Positions 12,002 to 20,643 of a stretch of DNA of 64,000 nt are shown here, one piece after another. Under the pieces are notes generated by a model, which was not told the DNA's origin, ran no database searches, and worked only from the letters and a program-made list of their open reading frames with translations. Numbering within the stretch: position 1 is the stretch's first letter; every line of letters begins with the position of its first letter. The DNA is taken from the NCBI GenBank assembly GCA_000091205.1, contig AP006499.2. One strand, given 5' to 3'. The DNA is from Cyanidioschyzon merolae. Its lineage: Eukaryota. Made by a program: the position numbers and the translations under genes.

Positions 12002-12845
12002 GAACTCCCGAGCCGCAGACCAGCTTGAACTAGACGGTTTGCCCGGAACACCCCCAGACTTTTATCGAGAGCGACAGAGGTCGCGCGTTGAGCGGTACCA
12101 GTCGCCGGCCGGTGCCCCGCTGCAGTGTTCGGTGCAGGTGCAGACTACGCAAGAGCACCCGCTTTGGACGTCACACGTGTGGAGCGGGGCTCGCGCTCTT
12201 GCCGACACCTTGTGTTGGCAGCCCGAGCTGATCGCGGGTAAGACCGTATGTGAACTCGGTGCAGGAGCTGGCCTGGTCTCGATTGTAGCGTTTCTAGCGG
12301 GTGCGGATCAGGTTGTCGCGACCGACTACCCGGATCCGGAAATACTCAACAGCCTAGAAAGCAATATCCGAGAGCATACGGCGAATAGCTGCAGTTCTGA
12401 AACAGTCAAAAGAGCCAGCCCAAAGGTCGTACCATATCGCTGGGGCGATTCGCCCGATTCTCTTCAACGATGTACTGGCTTGCAGCGTTTCCAAGTCGTA
12501 TTGCTAGCGGACCTGCTGAGCTTTCATCAGGCGCACGATGCACTCTTACGTAGCGTGAAGATGCTCTTAGCGCTGCCGGCCAATGATCCCACCGCCGTCG
12601 CACTGGTGACATTCACTCACCATCGCCCGCACCTTGCGGAGCGCGATCTTGCTTTTTTTCGCCTTGTGAACGCAGACGGAGCACTCATCGCTGAACCGTG
12701 GCTGTCACCGCTGCAGATGGATCCGATGTTCCCGGACGATCCCGGGGATGTCTGCATCAGGGGTCAGGTGCACCGCTGGCGCCTGCGCTGGCGCTCTGCG
12801 GCGAGCGCATCTGCTAATATCCCTGCTCATGCACGGAATGAGTGA
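12000..12845 (+). CDS. Methyltransf_16-type (FAM86/METTL21/Nnt1-like) SAM-dependent protein-lysine methyltransferase, 281 aa
   Basis: ATG at 12000-12002; the longer track ORF from 11676 has no upstream ATG. It carries the family motifs [12 protein letters not shown] and the SAM-binding motif [11 protein letters not shown] followed by [17 protein letters not shown]. The stop codon at 12843-12845 lies inside the first unit of a 68-bp tandem array. Confidence 0.7.
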
Positions 12846-13110
12846 CCTCGAGAAGCGCTATGCTGTATGCATTCGACACGCAAGCTTCTACGGCTACTCG
12901 TGTTGATGAGTGACCTCGAGAAGCGCTATGCTGTATGCATTCGACGCGCAAGCTACTACGGCTACTCGTGTTGATGAGTGACCTCGAGAAGCGCTATGCT
13001 GTATGCATTCGACACGCAAGCTTCTACGGCTACTCGTGTTGATGAGTGACCTCGAGAAGCGCTATGCTGTATGCATTCGACACGCAAGCTTCTACGGCTA
13101 TTCGTGTTGC
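12838..13110. repeat. minisatellite, 68-bp unit x ~4 (atgagtgacctcgagaagcgctatgctgtatgcattcgacacgcaagcttctacggctactcgtgttg)
   Basis: Four head-to-tail copies at >95% identity. Unit 1 begins 5 nt before the methyltransferase stop codon, so unit 1 holds the last two codons and the stop and the remaining units form the 3' flank/UTR. Confidence 0.9.
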
Positions 13111-13756
13111 TGTTGTTGCTGATCCTATTGTTGTGATAACGGTGGCGACGACGGACGCCTTTGGCTACGGATCATCACGCTGCGGGCGATGCTGGCAACG
13201 AGTCCGCGTGTATCCACAGCCCGCATCGTAGAGGCGTGGATACATCTCGCACGCGACTTTCTGAGAATTCCATGTCGAGTTTACAGTGTGCCTGCCCCGA
13301 TTATGTGTCGCTACCGCTGTGCCAATGCCGCTTCGATCGGAGACGTCGCGTGACTGGTCAGTGACCAAAAAACGAGCAAGAATCGACTGCGGCAGTTGCG
13401 TTACCGAGTGACTACGGGATCGGCGGTGAGGAGCGCCGAATCGCCACCGAGGATGACAGCAACAGCTTGGTTCATAGGCAGAGCGCATCGTCCAACACCT
13501 GACTTCACAATGTTGGCGTGTTTCCGGTAGAATACAGCGCGCATCCACGTTGAAGTCGCGAGGCATTGCACGGTCCCTGTGCACCATTTTAGAAAACGGA
13601 CGCGAATTGCGTGTGTGTGCGTGTTCATGGTCCATGAAAATCGCAGCCTGCAACAGTAGTGCACAGAATTTTCAACGACCTTTACGTCCAGTTTGGGGCC
13701 AAAATGGCTTTCGTATTGATGAGGGCGCGCCTTGGTCACTGTTCCGGCATCATTCT

Positions 13757-13771
13757 CTACTGCTGCTGCTG

Positions 13772-13803
<32 letters not shown>

Positions 13804-13804
13804 A
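13757..13804. repeat. (CTG/CAG)n microsatellite, ~16 units with one CTC interruption
   Basis: Direct read of ctgctgctgctgctcctgctgctgctgctgctgctgctgctgcta. It is intergenic, and the overlapping poly-Leu/poly-Ala ORFs are artefacts of the repeat. Confidence 0.9.
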
Positions 13805-13924
13805 GGAATGACGCCCATGGATACATTGCAGATCCGCCGATACCCGCCAGCGCCTCGACAAGTCTTGCTTCATGTACTCAATCCCAATAAAACCGGTTCT
13901 CATCGGATTGCCTGAATTCAGACC

Positions 13925-15571
13925 CTAGTCCACGGTGGATTTCTCGGGATCCCGCGGTAGCGTCTGTTCGGTAGGCACGGACTCGAAACCGGCGCTCGTT
14001 CGATTCCGGCTCGTCGAACTTGCCTGATGTTCATTCCGGTCGCGATGGATATCGTCGGAGGCTTGCTTCTGTTTGTCTGCACGATCTGGGGCCTCGTTCG
14101 GCTGCTGGGGTTTCGATGGCATTGGCGACCGCCGCGCAGGTACCGTGCGTACATATCGCCAGGCTCTGGGGTCGTCTTCGTCGTCCTCCTCTAGATCGAG
14201 GTCATCGCCTGGAAACGTCCCCAAATCACCACCACTGCCAGCGTCGTTATCGTTATCGTCACTGAACCACGGTTTCTCTTGGGCATCGTCGTTGTCGTCG
14301 TCGTCGCCAATGAAGCGCTCCCGTGGTGCGCGCCCTGACCGTCGGACTTTGCTTGGCTTTCGTTTTGCGGGACGACGACGCTGCCCGTGCCTATACGAGC
14401 GCTCGCCGTCGAAATCGTCGCTGTCTTCATCGTCAGTATCGAACCTGTCGTAGTCATCATCGTCGGCATCATCGCGAAACCGGCGACGCGCAAATGCCTC
14501 GACCGCTGCCTCATCCACGGGTATAGGCGTCCTGCGCATAACCGACGTTCGTTGCTGTTGTTGCTGCTGTTGAGCCTGCGGCTCCAGCGCTGCATCGAAG
14601 AGCTCCAGGAAAAATTCCTTGTTCACAAACGGGTAATCACCAATCCAAACGAAATCATCGTCCTCGATGACGCCATCGTCTACCGAACCCGTTTCATCGT
14701 AGAGGTCACGAAGCTCGTCGCTGACGTCGGCAACCTCCAAGTCCGGTGGTATGAACGAGCGCGCCTCGCTCGACGACGTCAGCCGCTGAACGCGAATACA
14801 AGCATCGGAGACGCCGCCAACTCGCCGAAAGTCTGGCACATCGCTCGCAACGAGCATGCAAACATCCAGACCAGGCGAGAGAACCCGGTGTTCGCGGCTT
14901 CGAAACGGTCCAGAAATCGTGATACGACGACCGCTGGGATCGGCTGCAACCACATTAATTCTCTTCTGGACGACCTCCCGAAAACGGGTCCGACGGGAGC
15001 TCGGTATGCGCTCACGGTGCAGGACGGCCTCTGTAACGTACACTTCCCGAACAGTGCCACAGAATAGGCCAATGTAGGGGAAGCGGCGCAGCGCAAGGTT
15101 GCGTCGAGAGGCCAGGAATGCAGGCTCCAAAACCCAGTAGAAAAAGAATACCGCGTTCAGCAAAGAAGTGAGCAGATGGTTAAACAGAACGTTCGACAGC
15201 ACCGACGTGACCAGGAGACCTCCAGCGGAGATCGCCAAACGGTTCAGCAAACGGTCTGGGGTTCCCCAGTAGTACGAGACCTGTTCCAGTGTCGCCCAGG
15301 CCGGCAGCGCGTCCACGGTGGCCTCCTCTGTCAGCGGCCGTATCGCACAAGTCCACGGTCGACGAGTCGCTCGCTCCACTGGACACACACGAACACGGGA
15401 AAGCGCCTTCACCGAACCTAGTCCCTGGAAGCGACTCCAGCTGACTGATGCGCTTCGCCGACATGAAGCACGAAACGCTGGCTCCCGTCTTCCGCAGTAC
15501 AGGAAGGTTGGCTGAAACGCTACACCACGGTTGAGCGCCCGTCCAGAATGAACTTGATTCAGCAAACTCAT
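13925..15571 (-). CDS. hypothetical protein, ~548 aa: N-terminal region with one or two hydrophobic segments, central conserved-looking block (RRFPYIGLFCGTVREVYVTEAVLHRERIP...), and a long Asp/Glu-rich C-terminal tail with a Q7 run
   Basis: The first in-frame ATG is at 15569-15571 (the track start at 15580 is GTG). The 1.65-kb ORF is uninterrupted. The C-terminal ~200 aa are strongly acidic low-complexity (DDDDYDRFDTDDEDSDDFD..., DDDNDDAQEKPWFSDDNDND, LDLEEDDEDD). I recognised no family. Confidence 0.4.
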   Translation of the reverse strand: MSLLNQVHSGRALNRGVAFQPTFLYCGRREPAFRASCRRSASVSWSRFQGLGSVKALSRVRVCPVERATRRPWTCAIRPLTEEATVDALPAWATLEQVSYYWGTPDRLLNRLAISAGGLLVTSVLSNVLFNHLLTSLLNAVFFFYWVLEPAFLASRRNLALRRFPYIGLFCGTVREVYVTEAVLHRERIPSSRRTRFREVVQKRINVVAADPSGRRITISGPFRSREHRVLSPGLDVCMLVASDVPDFRRVGGVSDACIRVQRLTSSSEARSFIPPDLEVADVSDELRDLYDETGSVDDGVIEDDDFVWIGDYPFVNKEFFLELFDAALEPQAQQQQQQQRTSVMRRTPIPVDEAAVEAFARRRFRDDADDDDYDRFDTDDEDSDDFDGERSYRHGQRRRPAKRKPSKVRRSGRAPRERFIGDDDDNDDAQEKPWFSDDNDNDAGSGGDLGTFPGDDLDLEEDDEDDPRAWRYVRTVPARRSPMPSKPQQPNEAPDRADKQKQASDDIHRDRNEHQASSTSRNRTSAGFESVPTEQTLPRDPEKSTVD

Positions 15572-15824
15572 GCTGCCCACGCACCGATTCGTTAGAGAAA
15601 TCAGCTTAAAAAATAAAGACTCGCTCTGTAGACAAGTCGTTTACCGTCAGTACTGGCGTCGGTTCGCCCTCTGGTGCTCGCGTTCCTGCCAAAAGGCAGT
15701 AGCAGTTGTAGCAGCTGTAGAAGTATCAGTAGCAGCTGCAGTACCAGTGCCTCTTTACGACAGCGGGTGGCGGCGCGAGGGGCGCTGCGCGATCGCCAGA
15801 TACGACGCCACGGCGGTAGATAGG

Positions 15825-15981
15825 TGGTAGATAGGTGGTAGGCAGGTGGTAGATAGGTGGTAGGCAGGTAGTAGATAGGTGATAGGCAGGTTGTAGACAG
15901 TTGGTAGACAGTTGGTAGATAGGTGATAGGCAGTTGGTAGACAGTTGGTAGATAGGTGATAGGCAGTTGGTAGGCAGGCAG
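15825..15981. repeat. degenerate minisatellite (GGTAGATAGGT / GGTAGGCAGGT / GGTAGACAGTT)n, ~11-12-bp unit x ~14
   Basis: Direct read. It is intergenic between the acidic-tail gene and the photolyase gene. The track ORFs 15726..16067 and 15755..16219 translate this repeat (LSTNCLSPIYQ... iterations) and are not credible genes. Confidence 0.85.
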
Positions 15982-17496
15982 CGTACCGTGCTCGGAGGCT
16001 CGTTGACGCTGCGGTGCTGTTGCATGATGCTGAAGGACGCTCGGTGTGGTTTTTTGTATGGTTGCACACGAGGAGCCTTGCCTGGGTATTGACCAGCGTC
16101 CAGTTTCTGATTGCGCTCTGGTTATCGATATCCAGGTGTGTGTGTGCGTGTGCGTTTATGATGCTGCACCAGAGCTTCGATCGCCATGACTTTTCCATCG
16201 CATCAGATTTCGTGGTCATGTCGCTGGTTTGGCGATGCTCTACGTATGCGGTACGCGTTCGAGATCGTGTCTATGGCGTCAGAGCGTGGGTGTAGCTCGG
16301 CGAAAGAAGGACGTTGACTTGACTGGATCGTAGCACGGTGCATAGGCTGGCAGGATTCGCCGCCCGACGCTCGTGTCCGGGGTGCGCACGACCTGACCGC
16401 TCTTGCGTCATGGGAAGCGGGGGTATCTCCGATCAGGACAGAACAACGTCGTGCGGACAAGCTACGAGGCGGGCATCGACGAATGATCCGGTGGGAAAGG
16501 TTTCCGTGCGAATGGCGATTCATTCGCCACGGTACGTTTGAATCGCCACTGCGGCTGATGTCGTCGTCAGACTCGCCTATCGCTTTTTTTACGAATAGCG
16601 GTTTCCACGTCTTGGCATACCAAAATACCTGTGTTCGATTTCTCCCGAATATAATCTGATCGAGTACGACGAACACTCGTCCCGGTGGGCGTGTTCACGT
16701 TTCAGCGTGAGACCGATAGCGCAACGCGCGATGCGCTCTCATTTCTCTGAACGCGGCATTTCTCTTCATCAGCGTTCGTATCCAAGGTAGAGAAACTTGA
16801 CATGCCGTGACTTGTCTGGCAGGTTTGCGTAGCGTCCACACTGATGAGACTGGACCTAAGAGACTGTCTCCTGTTTGGATGGCGTTGTGTAAGTTGCACA
16901 ATAGGGACACGGCGTTCAGCAACGTGCCCAGGCGACGTGGCGTTCATCCAACTGCGTATCTTAGCGTGACTGCTTTGTAGAAGAAACGCCATTGTCGATT
17001 GGACACCAAAGACGACATAAAGCCTCTCCATGGCTTGTCTTGAATCTACAGGATATATTCTTTTTTGCCGGATACCTGCAAGAAACATAACCAAAACATG
17101 CACAGGTATACAAGAACGCGCTGCTCTACGTAAAACAACAGAGCGCGCGTAACGCACCCGATTTTTCTTCCGATGAACTGGAAACAGCATATACACCAAT
17201 GTTCCGCATGCAAACATCCAAGTGGCAAGCCCAAGCTGGCCCTGTCACAGCACGCTCGCGAAAACTGCAGTTGCGTCGCCGATGCGGGTATGCCCCCTGC
17301 AACCGGGTATTCAAGGGACACCAGGTGCACAGCAAGCGCCTCGTCACAAGCGTACACAAAGCGACTCCCACACTTGCTTTTATGTGATGATTCATGCACA
17401 TCGAGATCAGTACAAAGCGAAGCTCGCCGATGAAGCACCTGTCTTTGTCAATGCACGTCTGTCTATCGGTGTGTTTCTATGCTTGTCGTGAAACAA

Positions 17497-20400
17497 TCAT
17501 CTGCGCTTGTCGTCGCTCGCTGGGCAGCGCGTGAGGCCGTAGGCGTACGGACCTCGCACCCCGCCGTGCGCTCGACGATCCCACTGGCCAGTGACCTCTA
17601 GTCCAAGCGTATTCCGCAGAAAGTGCTTCATTTTCGCAACAGTTAAAACGTGACCGAGGCAACGGCTTTTCTGTCGTTCATACGAGCGGCTCCTTTCGGA
17701 GGTCGTCGAATCCTCGCAAGATGTTCCTGCAGCAGCTAACTCTGCTTTGAGCGCGCGCAAGCGAACAAAGTCCGTATGTGGTCCGAAAACCGTATTCGGT
17801 GTGAAACGATAGTGCTGCATCAGGAAGCGCGCGAAGCAGTGAAACGGTTGGTTAGGTTGCAGCGCTATCGCTGCCAATATCTCTTCGCGTTCCGCTACAC
17901 CGAGCATGCTCGCTCGCGTAGGATTGCGCTGGCCTCCACGTCGCCGTTTCTGTGGCTGCGCTGGTTCCAGGGTCACGCTCTGCGCACTCGTCGTGATAGG
18001 CGAGAGCTCCCGACCAATGTCCGCAGTCTGGACACGCTCCAGCGGGTCATTCCATGCTCGCAACTGCTCGTTTGCCGTTGCCGATGCTTGTTCCTGGTTG
18101 GCGGCAGCATCCTCTGGACCAGTTACCCAGCGGAGAAACTCATTGAGTTGCTCGGGACGCACTACACTCAGTTGCGAAGACGACCCCGAAGAGCGTCCGC
18201 CAGGCTGCATCGCACCAACTTCAGACGCTCCTGCGTCCGCACGTTCGATCCAGGAGGGCGCGTAGCCTCGTCGTTGTCGTTGTCGGCTTTCTGGCACCAA
18301 CGCTGCTGCTGTATGTACACTGCCAATGCCGAATGCTCGACGACTGTGGTTACCATAGGAAAGCGACTGAAGAGCGTTGTGCTCGACGGTCGGGGCGAGC
18401 TCCTCAATGATGGTCGTTGAGCCCCTTGAAAAGCGATCATGAAGTGCGTATGGCGTTCCATTCGTGAAAGAGAACGTTTCCATCCCGGAATCGTCCGAAT
18501 CCGATGCAGATTGCTCAAGCCACAACTGCGGCTGTTGCAGATCAATTAAAGACCACAGGGATCGGGTTGGTTGTCGCAGTACAAATACACGCCGCATGAG
18601 GTCCATGGAGTCGAGTGCTCGCGCTCGAGCCGTCCGCGAGTCCACCACCGGATGCGCATAGCAAGAGCCCAGCGCGATACCCGCTTGCGCAAGCACTGAA
18701 GCTGGCGCTCGCCACGGACGATGGACGTAACACGTAGGCAGTGCGGCCAATTCGGGTACCCAGCGCTTCACGTACTCACCATGGGGATCTTCTCTGAGCC
18801 CAAACGTGATCGGATTGACGATACACGCAAACGGGAACGCATCGGTGTGGCAGCCTGCCGTCCACTGCCACCCGAGCGTCTGACAGGCTATGTCCCCGTC
18901 GAGAACATGATCGTAAAGAAAGCGGAGACCATGCTGCCACGGAATGAGAAGGTACTTGGTCAGGAAGCCGGCGATCATGAAACGAATGCGATTATGCAGG
19001 TATCCAGTGGTACGCAACTCCCGAATCGCTGCGTCAATGATGGGATACCCGGTTTGGCCGCTTCGCCAAACCTCGAGCATGCTCTGATCGTTCCAGCGCC
19101 AAGGAAAGGCGCGGAATTCGGGCAGTAGCGGCTCTTCGAAGGCCTGTGGATTGTGAAAGAGCAGGTGATACGCGAATTCTCGGAGGCACATGTTTTTCAG
19201 GAACGCCTTCACCGCGCTGATGGTCTGTTGTGCATCTGCTGCATCGGTGTGGGTACGTGTGTTTGCCGCGAGCGCCTCGCCTGCTGTAGCGTGACGCTCA
19301 CGGTTCAGGAGCGCATGCCGTGTGCTCCTTGGAGCCGCTTGATCGGTACCACCACGACCTCCGTCGTCGTTGTCATCTGCTTCATCACCATTATTATTAT
19401 TATTATCGTCGTCGTCGTCATCCTCATGATCGTAGAGAAAGTAGGTCGTGCCACTGGAGCCTCGTGGTCGGTTCACTTGAACCCGAAGCGGAAACATCGG
19501 CGCTCGCTGCGGCTGATAACCGGGAACTGCAGCAGTAGCAGTAGCAATAGCAGTAGCATCCATGGAGTGAGGTGTTGCACTGATTCGGTGTGGCGACTCC
19601 AGGTAACCGTTCTGCTCCCTCGAATGCGCTGGTATTCCATTCCCTAGGGAAAGCGCGCTAGGCGCGTCCGACACGATGTCAGCCATGATTGCTGCATACA
19701 GCTGCCGCGGGCTAATCTCACCGAAACGAACATGCATGGAGAGGCGGCTCGTGCCGTCGAGCGCACAACGAGACTCTCGACGCCCGAATTTGGGATAACG
19801 CTCTCGGAGAAACCTTGACAACGTAATCCACGCTGCTCGCTCACCGACAAGCGGCCACATGCATTCCATCTGGGCACACCATTCCGGACTGAGATCAGAG
19901 ACCAGCTCCAGCTCATGAATCTCGACATGGGAAACGCGTTGCCGTAAACCAGGCAGCGTCTGCAGCCTCAATGGCGCTGCTACAGGTGGGGGCGGTTTCG
20001 GGAAAGCGAGCCACTTTTCCATGAAGGGGTGAAACTCATTGAATGGCTCACCGTTGTCTTGAGCAAGCTCCCACGGCTCCACAAGAAGTTCCGATTTGAA
20101 GCTAACGAGTTCAACATTCCAAACAGCAAGGCGTTGTTCCAACGTTCGGTCCACTTCTGCGGCACCGATATCGTAGCAGCGGTTGAAGTAGACTGCGCTC
20201 GCATTCGTTTCCCGCGCCAGCTCCACAATGCTTTCCACGAGGCTCCCCTGCAGAACCACCAGCCGCGCATCTTCGCCGTAGCGGTGCGCGAACTCCCGGT
20301 CCAGCGCCAGCAGCGACTCTCGCAGCCGCCAGCGCCCTGCTCTGCCAGGTTTACTCATCCACGGCAGTTGCGGGTTCCAAACGTACACAGGAACCACCGG

Positions 20401-20643
20401 CATACCCGTTTCTGCAGCCGCACAGAAGGCAGCATGATCATCTATTCGGAGGTCGTGCCCCCGGTACCATACCAGTATGGGGCGCTGTGTCGCGCCCTGC
20501 GCTGCAGCCACTGCGAGCGCTGGTGTACGTCCCGGTGGCGGATGCGCGTTCACCTCCCGCCCCGCTTCGAGCAACGGGGAGCTGCTCAAAGCAAGCCACG
20601 GACACTCCTCTCCACTAGTTTCTGAAGGAGGATACGCGGGCAT
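17497..20643 (-). CDS. cryptochrome/photolyase-family flavoprotein, ~1048 aa, with a large internal low-complexity insertion and a ~400-aa C-terminal extension
   Basis: The first ATG is on the reverse strand at 20641-20643 (the track start is GTG). The N-terminal alpha/beta photolyase domain reads ILVWYRGHDLRIDDHAAF...PVVPVYVWNP. The FAD-binding domain reads TGYPIIDAAIRELRTTGYLHNRIRFMIAGFLTKYLLIPWQHGLRFLYDHVLDGDIACQTLGWQWTAG, as in class I CPD photolyases and plant-type cryptochromes. A ~130-aa disordered insert lies between the domains and contains HEDDDDDNNNNNGDEADDNDDGG, encoded by (AAT)5(GAC)n. The long C-terminal tail is cryptochrome-like. Confidence 0.85.
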   Translation of the reverse strand: MPAYPPSETSGEECPWLALSSSPLLEAGREVNAHPPPGRTPALAVAAAQGATQRPILVWYRGHDLRIDDHAAFCAAAETGMPVVPVYVWNPQLPWMSKPGRAGRWRLRESLLALDREFAHRYGEDARLVVLQGSLVESIVELARETNASAVYFNRCYDIGAAEVDRTLEQRLAVWNVELVSFKSELLVEPWELAQDNGEPFNEFHPFMEKWLAFPKPPPPVAAPLRLQTLPGLRQRVSHVEIHELELVSDLSPEWCAQMECMWPLVGERAAWITLSRFLRERYPKFGRRESRCALDGTSRLSMHVRFGEISPRQLYAAIMADIVSDAPSALSLGNGIPAHSREQNGYLESPHRISATPHSMDATAIATATAAVPGYQPQRAPMFPLRVQVNRPRGSSGTTYFLYDHEDDDDDDNNNNNGDEADDNDDGGRGGTDQAAPRSTRHALLNRERHATAGEALAANTRTHTDAADAQQTISAVKAFLKNMCLREFAYHLLFHNPQAFEEPLLPEFRAFPWRWNDQSMLEVWRSGQTGYPIIDAAIRELRTTGYLHNRIRFMIAGFLTKYLLIPWQHGLRFLYDHVLDGDIACQTLGWQWTAGCHTDAFPFACIVNPITFGLREDPHGEYVKRWVPELAALPTCYVHRPWRAPASVLAQAGIALGSCYAHPVVDSRTARARALDSMDLMRRVFVLRQPTRSLWSLIDLQQPQLWLEQSASDSDDSGMETFSFTNGTPYALHDRFSRGSTTIIEELAPTVEHNALQSLSYGNHSRRAFGIGSVHTAAALVPESRQRQRRGYAPSWIERADAGASEVGAMQPGGRSSGSSSQLSVVRPEQLNEFLRWVTGPEDAAANQEQASATANEQLRAWNDPLERVQTADIGRELSPITTSAQSVTLEPAQPQKRRRGGQRNPTRASMLGVAEREEILAAIALQPNQPFHCFARFLMQHYRFTPNTVFGPHTDFVRLRALKAELAAAGTSCEDSTTSERSRSYERQKSRCLGHVLTVAKMKHFLRNTLGLEVTGQWDRRAHGGVRGPYAYGLTRCPASDDKRR

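Noticed and set aside
15726-16219. ORFs encoding LSTNCLSPIYQ-type iterations
   Set aside because: Translation of the GGTAGATAGGT minisatellite on the reverse strand. Intergenic.
17776-18420. Antisense 'shadow' ORFs inside long genes (e.g. 17776..18420, 18721..19128, 34660..35007, 36697..37347, 28819..29337, 8323..8961)
   Set aside because: They lie opposite clearly homologous CDSs (photolyase, UGGT, kinase, hypothetical 496-aa gene). GC-rich codon-biased genes typically leave open antisense frames. Not genes.
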